Assembly: GCA_963806855.1 (NCBI GenBank)
Contig: CAWDYW010000001.1
Coordinates: forward strand, 1,280,001-1,344,000
Reading direction: 5' to 3'
DNA from: an uncultured Verrucomicrobiae bacterium
Lineage (GTDB): Bacteria > Chlamydiota > Chlamydiia > Chlamydiales > Rhabdochlamydiaceae
Length of the DNA stretch: 64,000 nt
Shown in pieces: positions 47,650-56,802 of this stretch; positions within the stretch are counted from its first letter, which is position 1, and every line of letters begins with the position of its first letter. The notes beneath the pieces were generated by a model that ran no database searches, had not been told where the DNA came from, and was given only the letters and a program-made list of their open reading frames with translations. The position numbers and the translations under genes were made by a program.

Positions 47650-47811
47650 TCAGGACTGTTGGTTACCCCGTGGATCTTCCCTTGGAGGTTCAGACTCCAT
47701 TTGTTGCTCATCCTCTTGTGAAGATTGAGCCTTGGCTTCCGATTGTTGACAACCAGTTGCAACAAGAATAGTTACCAGAATCAACGCACCGATCTTAAAG
47801 AATATTTTCAT
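47650..47811 (-). CDS. small lipoprotein
   Basis: MKIFFK..ILVATGC lipobox, Q/E-rich tail. Confidence 0.7.
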   Translation of the reverse strand: MKIFFKIGALILVTILVATGCQQSEAKAQSSQEDEQQMESEPPREDPRGNQQS

Positions 47812-47831
47812 CCGTTTATTTCCATTAATTA

Positions 47832-48023
47832 TTACTCGGTGGGTCGTTTGCGTACACCACAACGACTGCAGCCCCTTTTAATAGGCTCATTCTTCTTGTT
47901 TGTGGCCTCTTTTCTGCTGCCCCGAGTCACGGTTTCTTGATCGTTTGAACTTGAACATCCGCCTACCATTGCAATGATCGCAAAGATTGAGGGTAATACT
48001 AAAAACTGAGCACTTTTTTTCAT
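47832..48023 (-). CDS. small lipoprotein with basic tail and CxxC
   Basis: MKK..MVGGC lipobox; CSRC. Confidence 0.65.
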   Translation of the reverse strand: MKKSAQFLVLPSIFAIIAMVGGCSSSNDQETVTRGSRKEATNKKNEPIKRGCSRCGVRKRPTE

Positions 48024-48032
48024 GACTTCACC

Positions 48033-48596
48033 TTATTTTTTATTGAACTTAAATGATGTTACAAAGAAGTTATAACGCGATTCATCGTAATTTTGGACTT
48101 CACATTCCATTGCCATCAGATAGAGTTGATTCTCGACCATGATCGCGCGGCCTTTAAAATAGATCCCACCAGTGCGGATAAAGAAATCAAGCGCAGGTTT
48201 ACCCTCAACAAGGAGCATATCGGCAAAGAGGAGCTGATTGCCTGGGTTATTGGCGAGAATTCCGTTTAGAAACCCTTCGAGAGAGGCTTGAGCGAGCGAT
48301 TGGTCGACAAATTTGGGATACTGGGCAATGAGCAGCATATAGACGCTCTTCTTCTCGTGGCTAGAAATATAGGCGTCGTATTTTAGGTCATAACCTTCTT
48401 CTGGCACGCTCATTTTTTCAGAGATATGCTCTGGGGAGCATGGGAACATCAGAGTGCATTTACCGGTAACAGAGTGGAATTCTTTCCAATCGTGGTTTTT
48501 CACTTGCACAATCTCAGCAGTCGCAGCGGTGAGTTGAGAAACTGGCATAATGAGAGAGGCCAGCGAGAGGATTAAAAGTTGTTTAAATTTCTTCAT
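48033..48596 (-). CDS. secreted/periplasmic hypothetical protein
   Basis: Sec signal peptide; SD AGGAG; globular beta-rich body. Confidence 0.75.
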   Translation of the reverse strand: MKKFKQLLILSLASLIMPVSQLTAATAEIVQVKNHDWKEFHSVTGKCTLMFPCSPEHISEKMSVPEEGYDLKYDAYISSHEKKSVYMLLIAQYPKFVDQSLAQASLEGFLNGILANNPGNQLLFADMLLVEGKPALDFFIRTGGIYFKGRAIMVENQLYLMAMECEVQNYDESRYNFFVTSFKFNKK

Positions 48597-48635
48597 ATTT
48601 CTCCTAATTATTTTTATTTAATTTTATTTACACAC

Positions 48636-49271
48636 CTATGTCTGCATAAAAACTGTGAACACCTTCGAAAGGATCCAGATAAAGAACAAGACCATGATAA
48701 AGGGGATAAGCACGTTAAGTAATCCTTTCCAAGCCGAAAATTTCTGCACTTCAGCAATTCCTTTTATGAGGATGACGAGCGACCAGATGGACATCACCGC
48801 TTGAACAAGTAGAACGATGAAATAAAGAGCGAGAGCATTGCCGACGAACTCTGTTTTTTGAAAACTAGCTAAAAAGAGATCATTTTTGAAAAAGAGGATG
48901 AGCGCTACCCAAGTGAGGACAATCACCAGATTGGGAACGTTCGACCAAGAGACAGCTGCCCGTATGGGATAATAGGTTCCTTGCCCTCCAATCCATTTCC
49001 CTGTCCAAAGGAAAAGGGCGGAGCCGATGGTAATCGAGAGCATCCCAATAAAAGTGGCGAGGATAATCGAGACGAGGATAATTCCAGGGACGCTGAAAGT
49101 ATCTCCTAAGGACATATCTTGGGCCATATAGAAGAGCATTGGCAACCCATGAAGGAAAGAAAGGGCGATGAAGCGGAATTTTGGGTTGAATTCAACGATT
49201 TTTCTAATGGTTTCTCTAGGATGTGTCCAAATCCGTGTCCAAGGATTTATTCCCATCGTGTTGTCTGACAT
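48636..49271 (-). CDS. Yip1-family membrane protein
   Basis: NPWTRIWTHPRETIR, GKWIGGQG, five TM helices. Confidence 0.85.
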   Translation of the reverse strand: MSDNTMGINPWTRIWTHPRETIRKIVEFNPKFRFIALSFLHGLPMLFYMAQDMSLGDTFSVPGIILVSIILATFIGMLSITIGSALFLWTGKWIGGQGTYYPIRAAVSWSNVPNLVIVLTWVALILFFKNDLFLASFQKTEFVGNALALYFIVLLVQAVMSIWSLVILIKGIAEVQKFSAWKGLLNVLIPFIMVLFFIWILSKVFTVFMQT

Positions 49272-49491
49272 AATAAGCCTCCGAAATATAATTTACTCTT
49301 AAACTTATCCTAGTAGCAAAAAGTTAATGTTTCAACAAAATAAAAATAATAATTATCGATTAGTCGTAATTGCCTGAAAATGAAGGTAATTGGGCTTCCG
49401 GCTTAGGTCTAATAACAATATTCGATAATTTTAATTGCTACTATTTGTTTGTTTTTGTAAATTAAAGATATAGATACTAATAGGAGTTAGT

Positions 49492-49866
49492 ATGAGACAA
49501 AAATTACGTCACATGAAAAAATATACTCCGAGAAGGAGACGTTCTAATAAAGCGATCCAAAAACGGCAACTAAAGGACTTTGAGCATCTTCTCGATATGG
49601 ATTTGGGATCCTTTTTGATTCTTGTCGAGGAAGGAACACCTAAACAAATTCAGCAAGCCCGAGCCAAAATCCGAAGCAATCTGCTCCGTTATGGTTCCGA
49701 CATGGAAGCCATTGGACGAGATTTAGGGGAAGGATTTCCTGAATATATCCGTAACTACCTTAAGATCATGAATGATGTTGTCCAAAATTCTGGAAGCCAA
49801 CTCGCTCCTGCAACCTTAAACGAATACCGAAAACAAGCCTTAAATTTAAGAAAAAAAGCTGCTTAG
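49492..49866 (+). CDS. hypothetical protein with basic N-terminus
   Basis: 124-aa ORF with AGGAG SD. Confidence 0.65.
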   Translation: MRQKLRHMKKYTPRRRRSNKAIQKRQLKDFEHLLDMDLGSFLILVEEGTPKQIQQARAKIRSNLLRYGSDMEAIGRDLGEGFPEYIRNYLKIMNDVVQNSGSQLAPATLNEYRKQALNLRKKAA

Positions 49867-50718
49867 AAACTTTTCTAAAGTCGGATATAAAAATTGGTAG
49901 CCCGATTGCAATAGTCTTTCGGGCTTCACCTTTTCACTTGTCAGCAGGATCTCATCAGCCATTTCCCCAAGCAGTAAACGGAGCGGTCTCTCCCCTATTC
50001 GAAATAGAAGAGGGCGATGGAGCGCCTTGGCCAGCTTTTGGCTAAATGAACGGTTAGTCTCTAGACCGGGGCTAGTAAAATTAACAGGGCCAGCTAAGTC
50101 AGAATGTAAGATGTGATCGATCCCATGGAGGACATCCTCGAGGGCTATCCAGGGCATAAACTGATCTCCGCTCCCGAAAATGGTCCCAAGGCCCAGACGA
50201 AATGGGGAGAGCATTTTGGCGAGCGCACCACCATCTAAGCTTAAGATCGCTCCGAACCGGGCGTTTACACAGCGGATTCCTTTTTCCTTCGCTGGCTGTG
50301 TCGCAGCTTCCCATTGCTTGCAGACCTCTGCCAAAAATCCGGTGCCCGAAGCACTCTCTTCCGTCAAAGTCTCGTCTCCTCGATTTCCATAGTAGCCGAC
50401 AGCTGAGGCGCAGATAAAGAGCTTGGGAGGCGATTTGGCAAGGGCCTCTGCAAGAAGTCGCGTGCTATCTACTCTGCTAGAGAGGATTTCTTGTTTAATT
50501 TGCTCATTCCATCTGGTAGAGACATTCTTGCCGGACAGATGGATAACCGCATCAAAGTCTTTAAGCTCAGGGATGATTCCGTGTTCGGGATCCCAATAGA
50601 AAGTGTTAGGGATATTCTGCTGTCGTACAAGGCGAATCACCTGGTGACCAGAGGCTGTTAAGAATGAAAAGAGGGCCTTCCCGACTAAACCAGAAGACCC
50701 ACTAATGACAATACGCAA
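49846..50718 (-). CDS. TIGR01777-type NAD-dependent epimerase family protein
   Basis: ISGSSGLVG, SAVGYYG, FLAEVCKQWE, GSGDQFMPWI; TTG start near 50718. Confidence 0.92.
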   Translation of the reverse strand: MRIVISGSSGLVGKALFSFLTASGHQVIRLVRQQNIPNTFYWDPEHGIIPELKDFDAVIHLSGKNVSTRWNEQIKQEILSSRVDSTRLLAEALAKSPPKLFICASAVGYYGNRGDETLTEESASGTGFLAEVCKQWEAATQPAKEKGIRCVNARFGAILSLDGGALAKMLSPFRLGLGTIFGSGDQFMPWIALEDVLHGIDHILHSDLAGPVNFTSPGLETNRSFSQKLAKALHRPLLFRIGERPLRLLLGEMADEILLTSEKVKPERLLQSGYQFLYPTLEKFLSSFFS

Positions 50719-50723
50719 GAGGT

Positions 50724-51017
50724 CTAAGGTTGTTTTTGCTCTTTTTTGCAATTGCAAGTGCAGTCAGATTTGCCGCAGCAAGAACATTTTCCGTTTCCGC
50801 CCTTATGGCAGCACATTGCTTTGCAACAACAACCGATACAGCTGAGGCTCCAGACGCCTGCCAAACCAATTATCGCATAGATAACACGGCTAATCATTGT
50901 GGTATTGCCATGGAAAAGCCAAGCGACAACATCAAACTGGAAGAATCCCCAGAGACCCCAGTTCAGAGCTCCGATGATGACCAAAATATAGGCTAAAACA
51001 CTGATAAATCTTTTCAT
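50724..51017 (-). CDS. DUF378 membrane protein with Cys-rich C-terminal tail
   Basis: IIGALNWGL.G.FQFD.V...SRVIY..IGLAG. Confidence 0.9.
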   Translation of the reverse strand: MKRFISVLAYILVIIGALNWGLWGFFQFDVVAWLFHGNTTMISRVIYAIIGLAGVWSLSCIGCCCKAMCCHKGGNGKCSCCGKSDCTCNCKKEQKQP

Positions 51018-51198
51018 TCTTTCTCCTTATAGAGAGCCGAAAAAACGCTCTCATGATAATACTAATAGATTTAACAAATTTTTTGAGCCTTGTCACTAAA
51101 AATTTTCTCCCTCGAGGTAATTGCAAAATTCAGGGTTCGTCGATTTTGGCCAACTACCTCTTGCCCTTTTTGATAAATCTTTGTATATTTATCCGACG

Positions 51199-51498
51199 AT
51201 GAATAATGGTGATGCGAGCGCAGAGTATTTAGCCAATTTATGCCTGATCAAGTTGACGAATCAGGAAAAAGAGGCATTAAATCAAAATTTGAGCAAAATC
51301 CTCGAGTACATGGATCTTCTCAATGAGGTCGATACGACCAGTGTCCCCCCTTGCACTAGCGTCTTAGAATCAATGGTTAATGTGATGCGCGAAGATGTCG
51401 AAGGGGCGCCATTTGATATCGAGCAGTTCTTTCGAAATGCGCCCGACCATGTTAGCCGCATGATTAAAGTTCCACCCGTAATCCAGTTTGAAGAATGA
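51199..51498 (+). CDS. gatC: Asp/Glu-tRNA amidotransferase subunit C
   Basis: ILEYMDLLNEVDT, MRED, NAP, KVP; position before gatA. Confidence 0.92.
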   Translation: MNNGDASAEYLANLCLIKLTNQEKEALNQNLSKILEYMDLLNEVDTTSVPPCTSVLESMVNVMREDVEGAPFDIEQFFRNAPDHVSRMIKVPPVIQFEE

Positions 51499-51499
51499 A

Positions 51500-52957
51500 A
51501 TGAAAGACGCAGCCCACCATTTTCGCTCCCTTTTTACTTCTGGACAGCAGTCGGCCCAGCAAATCGTAGAGTCGACTCTAAAGCGGGTTGATGAGCACAA
51601 CGGTCAGCTCAACTCTTTCCTTTCCGTCTTCCATGAGCGGGCAATGGAAAAAGCGCGCGCCCTCGACAAGAAGAGAAGCAGTAATGGCCCCCTTGGCAAG
51701 CTCGCCGGGATCCCGATCGCCTTGAAGGACAACATCCTGGTCAAGGGCGAAATTGCCACCTGCGCATCGAAATTTCTCGCCAATTTCCGAGCCCCCTACA
51801 ATGCAACCGTTACCCGCCTGCTCGAAGAAGAAGATGCGATCCTGATTGGAAAAACCAACATGGATGAGTTCGCTATGGGCGGCTCTGGCATCCACTCGGC
51901 CTACTCGATGTCAAAGAACCCCTGGGACCTTGCCTATACCCCCGGCGGCTCCTCAAGCGGTTCCTCCTCTGCCGTCGCGGCCCGTCTATGCCCGATTGCC
52001 CTCGGCAGCGATACCGGCGGCTCAATCCGCGAACCTGCGGCGTTTACCGGAACAACTGGATTTAAGCCAACCTATGGCCGGGTCTCCCGCTACGGCCTGG
52101 TCGCTTTTGGCTCTTCGCTCGATCAAATCGGCCCCCTCACCCTGACTGCTAAAGATGCGGCGCTCGTGATGGAGGTGCTCGGCCAGCATTGCGATCGGGA
52201 CTCCACGAGCATTGCGACCCCATCGCCTCGCTACACCATCGAAATTGAACAATCGATCGCCCATACACGTGTCGGAGTCCCCTGGAGCTTCCTTGAGCAG
52301 CTTCAAGGAGAACCGCGCCAAAATTTTGAAGCGGCAATCGATGTGCTTAAATCGCTAGGAGTAGAGATTATCGACGTCGACCTAGAAGCTTTAAAATATG
52401 GGATCGCCGTCTACTACGTCCTAGCTGCCGCCGAGGCCTCCACCAACTTGGCACGCTTTGATGGGATCCGCTATGGAGTCCGCTCAAAAAATGCCAAAAC
52501 CCTCGAAGAGATCTACCAGCTCTCCCGCGCGGAAGGGTTTGGAAGCGAAGTGAAAAACCGCATCCTCCTCGGCACCTTCGTCCTCTCCTCCGCTAACCAA
52601 GACACCTACTATGCCAAAGCACAAAAAGTGCGGACCGTGATCATTAGAAAAATGCGCGAGGCCTTCCAAAAATGTGCCATGATCGCCCTTCCGGTAGCGC
52701 CCGGGACCGCGTTCCTCCTCGATGGAGGCGTCAGCACCCCGCTTGAGGAGTATTTGCAAGACCTCTACACCGTTGGCGCTAACCTCGCTGGCGTGCCCGC
52801 TATCTCAATCCCCAGCGGACTCAGCGCAAATGGCCGTCCCTATGGGCTGCAGCTCATGGGCCCCCAACTGCATGATGCTGCCGTCTTGCGCTATGCTCAT
52901 GCCTTCCAAAAGGCGACCAATTACACCTCCCTAACACCCCCTGGATTTGGAGCTTGA
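51500..52957 (+). CDS. gatA: Asp/Glu-tRNA amidotransferase subunit A
   Basis: GKTNMDEFAMG, PGGSSSGS, GSDTGGSIR, SSLDQIGP. Confidence 0.97.
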   Translation: MKDAAHHFRSLFTSGQQSAQQIVESTLKRVDEHNGQLNSFLSVFHERAMEKARALDKKRSSNGPLGKLAGIPIALKDNILVKGEIATCASKFLANFRAPYNATVTRLLEEEDAILIGKTNMDEFAMGGSGIHSAYSMSKNPWDLAYTPGGSSSGSSSAVAARLCPIALGSDTGGSIREPAAFTGTTGFKPTYGRVSRYGLVAFGSSLDQIGPLTLTAKDAALVMEVLGQHCDRDSTSIATPSPRYTIEIEQSIAHTRVGVPWSFLEQLQGEPRQNFEAAIDVLKSLGVEIIDVDLEALKYGIAVYYVLAAAEASTNLARFDGIRYGVRSKNAKTLEEIYQLSRAEGFGSEVKNRILLGTFVLSSANQDTYYAKAQKVRTVIIRKMREAFQKCAMIALPVAPGTAFLLDGGVSTPLEEYLQDLYTVGANLAGVPAISIPSGLSANGRPYGLQLMGPQLHDAAVLRYAHAFQKATNYTSLTPPGFGA

Positions 52958-52960
52958 GAG

Positions 52961-54421
52961 ATGAGCGATATTAATTACGAAATGTGGGAACCTGTCATCG
53001 GCCTTGAGGTTCACGCTCAGCTCAATACCAAGACAAAACTCTTTGGCCGCACCCTCAATCGCTTCGGCGATGAGCCCAACACCAATATCGACGAAGTGGA
53101 CACCGGCCAGCCCGGCGCCCTCCCAGTGCTCAACAAAGAAGCGGTCAAAAAAGCGATTCAGCTCGGCCTCGCTCTCAATGCTACCGTCTCCCGGTTTAGC
53201 ACCTTCGACCGCAAGTCCTACTTCTATCCTGATAGCCCGCGCAACTTTCAGATCACCCAATTCTATAACCCGATCATCATCGGCGGGGCCATCGTTTGCG
53301 ATGTCGATGGACAAACCAAACACTTCGCTATCGATCGAGCCCATCTCGAAGACGATTCCGGGATGCTGAAACACTTTACCTCCTTCGCAGGCGTCGATTA
53401 TAACCGAGCCGGCGTCCCCCTTATCGAAATTGTCTCCAAACCGATGATGCATGGCCCCAAAGACGCCGTTGCCTACGCCACCTCCCTGCGCGCCATCCTC
53501 CAATACCTCGACGTCTCTAGCTGCAGTATGGAAGAAGGGGGCATGCGGATGGACGTCAACGTCTCTGTCCGGCCGCGCGGAGACCAAACACTCCGTCCTA
53601 AAGTCGAAATCAAAAACATGAACTCCTTCCACAATATGGAACTGGCGATCGAAGCTGAAATCCGGCGGCAGGTCCAAGCCTATAGCCGCAATCCCCACGC
53701 CAGCTTCATCGAAGCGATTCAGCCGGGCACCTACCGCTTTGACCTCAATGCCAAAAAGACCGTCCTGATGCGCCAAAAGCAAGCTGCCCTCGATTACCGC
53801 TACTTCCACGAGCCCGACCTTGTCCCCATTGTCCTGACAGAAAGCGCGATCGAGGAAATCAAGAAATCCTTGCCCGAACTCCCCCATCAGCGTTACCTTC
53901 GGTATGTAGGCGAGCTCAAAATTGCCCCTGACAGCGCCGCCATCCTGATCAACGACAAATACACCTCCGATTTCTTTGAAGAGGCGCTCCCCATTGCCGG
54001 CAACCCCTCCAGCCTCTGCAATTGGCTGATCGTCGAATTTGCCGGCCGCCTAAAGGAAAAATCGATTTCCCTCAAAGACTCTGGTCTCCAAAGCGCCCAC
54101 ATCGGCAACTTGGTCAAGATGATCGAGACCAAAGTGATCACCGGAAAAATTGCCAAACTCGTCGCCGATGAGATGGTCGCCACACCGGGCAAAGACAGCA
54201 CCACCATCGTCAAAGAGAACCCTAACTACCTGCCTGAGCAAGACAGCGCCGTAATCGAGCCGATCGTCGACCGAATCCTCGCCGAGAATCCGCAGTCGAT
54301 CGCCGACTACAAACAGGGGCGCACCAAGGCGCTCGCTTTCCTAGTCGGCCAGGTGATGAAAGAGACCAAGGGCAAGGCCTCGCCCGATGTGGTTAACAGC
54401 CTCATTCTGAAAAAGATTTAA
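52961..54421 (+). CDS. gatB: Asp/Glu-tRNA amidotransferase subunit B
   Basis: IGLEVHAQL, FDRKSYFYPD, DYNRAGVPLIEIV, VEIKNMNS, DYRYF. Confidence 0.98.
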   Translation: MSDINYEMWEPVIGLEVHAQLNTKTKLFGRTLNRFGDEPNTNIDEVDTGQPGALPVLNKEAVKKAIQLGLALNATVSRFSTFDRKSYFYPDSPRNFQITQFYNPIIIGGAIVCDVDGQTKHFAIDRAHLEDDSGMLKHFTSFAGVDYNRAGVPLIEIVSKPMMHGPKDAVAYATSLRAILQYLDVSSCSMEEGGMRMDVNVSVRPRGDQTLRPKVEIKNMNSFHNMELAIEAEIRRQVQAYSRNPHASFIEAIQPGTYRFDLNAKKTVLMRQKQAALDYRYFHEPDLVPIVLTESAIEEIKKSLPELPHQRYLRYVGELKIAPDSAAILINDKYTSDFFEEALPIAGNPSSLCNWLIVEFAGRLKEKSISLKDSGLQSAHIGNLVKMIETKVITGKIAKLVADEMVATPGKDSTTIVKENPNYLPEQDSAVIEPIVDRILAENPQSIADYKQGRTKALAFLVGQVMKETKGKASPDVVNSLILKKI

Positions 54422-54453
54422 AGGATTACGAGAAAAAGAAATAGGGTCCACCA

Positions 54454-55557
54454 ATGGCTAAAAAAGCGCTTCCAGCCATCAAAAAAGCTGAAGTCTCAGC
54501 AGACAATTATGCAAAATTTATCTCTTCTTTAAAAGCTAAGATACGATCTTCTCAAATCAAGGCCACTGTAGCAGTCAACAGAGAATTGATTAAACTATAT
54601 TGGGAAATCGGAGAGGAAATTGTTGAAAAACAACAGAAGGACGGCTGGGGAAGCAAGGTTCTCGAGAGAGTGGCTAGAGAACTTCAAAATGAATTCCCTG
54701 GAATAGAAGGGTTTTCAAGAACTAACTTATTCAGGATGAAGGCATTTTACAGTGCCTACGCAAAAGTCCCACAACTTGTGGGACAATTGGAACAAATCCC
54801 AGTTTTTTATATCCCTTGGGGACACAATGTAGTCCTTCTTGAATCACTAAAGTACACGGAAGAACGGTTGTGGTATGCCTCTAAGGCAATAGAACATGGC
54901 TGGAGTCGCAGTATGCTCAGGGTTTGGATCGAAAATAATCTTTACAAAAGAGAAGGCAAAGCTATCACAAATTTCAAAACTGCCTTGCCTGCTCCTCAGT
55001 CAGATTTAGCACAGCAAAGCCTCAAAGACCCTTATGTTTTCGACTTTCTCGCCCTAAATAAAGATCATTTGGAGAATGAATTAGAAGAGGGATTGGTCAA
55101 CCATATCCAGAAATTTCTAATCGAATTGGGACAGGGGTTTGCATTTGTAGGACAACAGTATCCCATTAAAGCAGGCAAAAAAGATTTGTATATTGATTTA
55201 CTTTTCTATCATTTGACACTGCGCTGCTACATAGTTGTAGAATTGAAAGCAGGAGAATTTGATAGTCGCGACGCTGGACAAATGAGCGCCTATCTTTCAG
55301 CAGTAGACGATCAACTTAAGCATGAAGATGACCAGCCAACCATTGGAATCATCCTATGTAAGATCAAAGATAATGTGTTTGCAGAATACGTGTTAAGAAA
55401 CTTCAATCGACCCATAGGTGTAGCGGAATTTGAAGTCAAATTAGTTGAAAAGCTTCCAAAAAAATTCAAGTCAAGCCTACCTACAGTCGAAGAGATTGAA
55501 GCCGAATTAAGTGTGATACCTACAGTCAAGAAAAAGCCCAAGAAAAAGAAGTCATAA
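54454..55557 (+). CDS. YhcG/DUF1016 PD-(D/E)xK nuclease-domain protein
   Basis: LYWEIG, IPWGHN, KDPYVFDFL, ELGQGFAFVG.Q, IDLLFYH, VELK, PTIGIILC. Confidence 0.93.
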   Translation: MAKKALPAIKKAEVSADNYAKFISSLKAKIRSSQIKATVAVNRELIKLYWEIGEEIVEKQQKDGWGSKVLERVARELQNEFPGIEGFSRTNLFRMKAFYSAYAKVPQLVGQLEQIPVFYIPWGHNVVLLESLKYTEERLWYASKAIEHGWSRSMLRVWIENNLYKREGKAITNFKTALPAPQSDLAQQSLKDPYVFDFLALNKDHLENELEEGLVNHIQKFLIELGQGFAFVGQQYPIKAGKKDLYIDLLFYHLTLRCYIVVELKAGEFDSRDAGQMSAYLSAVDDQLKHEDDQPTIGIILCKIKDNVFAEYVLRNFNRPIGVAEFEVKLVEKLPKKFKSSLPTVEEIEAELSVIPTVKKKPKKKKS

Positions 55558-55622
55558 AAAAGCAGATTGAAAAAACGGTTACCGCTCTTCATAGAGATTG
55601 TGGTTTTGCGTTGAAATTGTCC

Positions 55623-55758
55623 TCAGGGCCTAGGATGGAATTTTGAAAAAGCCTCTGTCAGATATTTCTGGCTCACATGGGTATACCGATCGGTTGTTGC
55701 GATGCTAGCGTGGCCGAGCATCTCTTGGATAACCCGCAGATCGGCCCCATTTTCGAGC
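55623..55758 (-). pseudogene. duplicated 3' fragment of xerD
   Basis: matches 56803-56938 with 4 substitutions. Confidence 0.92.
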
Positions 55759-55913
55759 CGATCGTCGGCCGAATCCTCGCCGAGAATCCGCAGTCTATCG
55801 CCGATTACAAGCAGGGGCGCACCAAGGCACTCGCCTTCCTAGTTGGCCAGGTGATGAAAGAGACCAAGGCCTCGCCCGATGTGGTTAACGAACTCATCCT
55901 GAAGAAAATTTAA
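55753..55913 (+). pseudogene. duplicated 3' fragment of gatB
   Basis: matches 54255-54421 with mostly synonymous changes and a 6-bp deletion. Confidence 0.92.
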
Positions 55914-55974
55914 ACGCAAAGACGCAAAAGCACCAAGACGCAGGGAAAAAATATTTTTTTTGCTTCTTGGCATC
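55911..55974. repeat. truncated CGCAAAGACGC-family palindrome interrupted by a MITE
   Basis: TAAACGCAAAGACGCAAAAGCACCAAGACGC as at 29231. Confidence 0.75.
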
Positions 55975-56144
55975 TTATACCCCGACTCGCCCAAAAGTGT
56001 GAATTTGGACCCACGCGAAAGCTCTCGCGGTTCAGCTGTTTTTCCGAGGGTAGTATCGAAGTTAATACAACCCTCGGAAAAACAGTTGAACCCCGAGGCT
56101 TTGGCGCGGTCCAAATTCACACTTTTGGGCGAGTCGGGGTATAA
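55975..56144. repeat. 170-bp palindromic MITE-like element
   Basis: perfect 37-bp terminal IR TTATACCCCGACTCGCCCAAAAGTGTGAATTTGGACC; inner stem CTGTTTTTCCGAGGGT/ACCCTCGGAAAAACAG. Confidence 0.92.
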
Positions 56145-56161
56145 ACCACCCACGTTATTTC

Positions 56162-56467
56162 TTAGTAAATAAATATTCTATTGTGTGCATCCCACTCTTC
56201 ATTAATCGGCTTCCTCCATAATTTCTCGAGCCTAGCATTGTTCATGGCCTCCCTCATATCTCTTTCATGTGAAAGTAAATGGGCAAGAACACAAACTCGA
56301 CTCCATTGGACAGCAGACTTTCCAGCTTCTAGAATAGGTCCTGTGGCAATGCATCTTCCTATTCTTTTCAATATCTCGTTAGGCAAATGCAGAATATCTG
56401 CATCCTGTCTTAAAGTTTCGTCATCTAATATTCTAGTGACTTTACAAATGTCAGCATTAATTGACAT
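56162..56467 (-). CDS. small F-box-like protein (possibly truncated)
   Basis: ILHLPNEILKRI...WSRVC pattern; SD AAGGAGG. Confidence 0.55.
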   Translation of the reverse strand: MSINADICKVTRILDDETLRQDADILHLPNEILKRIGRCIATGPILEAGKSAVQWSRVCVLAHLLSHERDMREAMNNARLEKLWRKPINEEWDAHNRIFIY

Positions 56468-56802
56468 ATTAACCTCCTTTTTGGTTGTTTGAAAAAATTT
56501 TTTTACGCAAAGTTATAAACCTTGCTTAGCTTATTGGTTAGTAATTAAAATATTTGAAAATTAGAAAGAATCTGGGTTAATACCCAAAATAGAATGGATA
56601 AAGTGAACAAATAAGAGATGAGCATCCCCGTTTGCTGGGTCGCTCAATAATTAGAGTCTGATCCATAATTTCACCTTAATTATAATTAACCCCAAACCAT
56701 TCTGGGGTTATACAAAACATTATATTATAGACGTGTGATTTTTGTCAAAATTCATTTTTCTAGTTATAATTCACTAACAATCATGTGCTTGCAAATCTGT
56801 AC

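Noticed and set aside
52931..53887. 318-aa minus-strand ORF and similar long antisense ORFs in opp, ispH and rnhC
   Set aside because: Shadows of well-supported genes with biased codon usage
55677..55913. 78-aa chimeric ORF as new gene
   Set aside because: Antisense xerD fragment fused in frame to the gatB tail; no SD or promoter evidence
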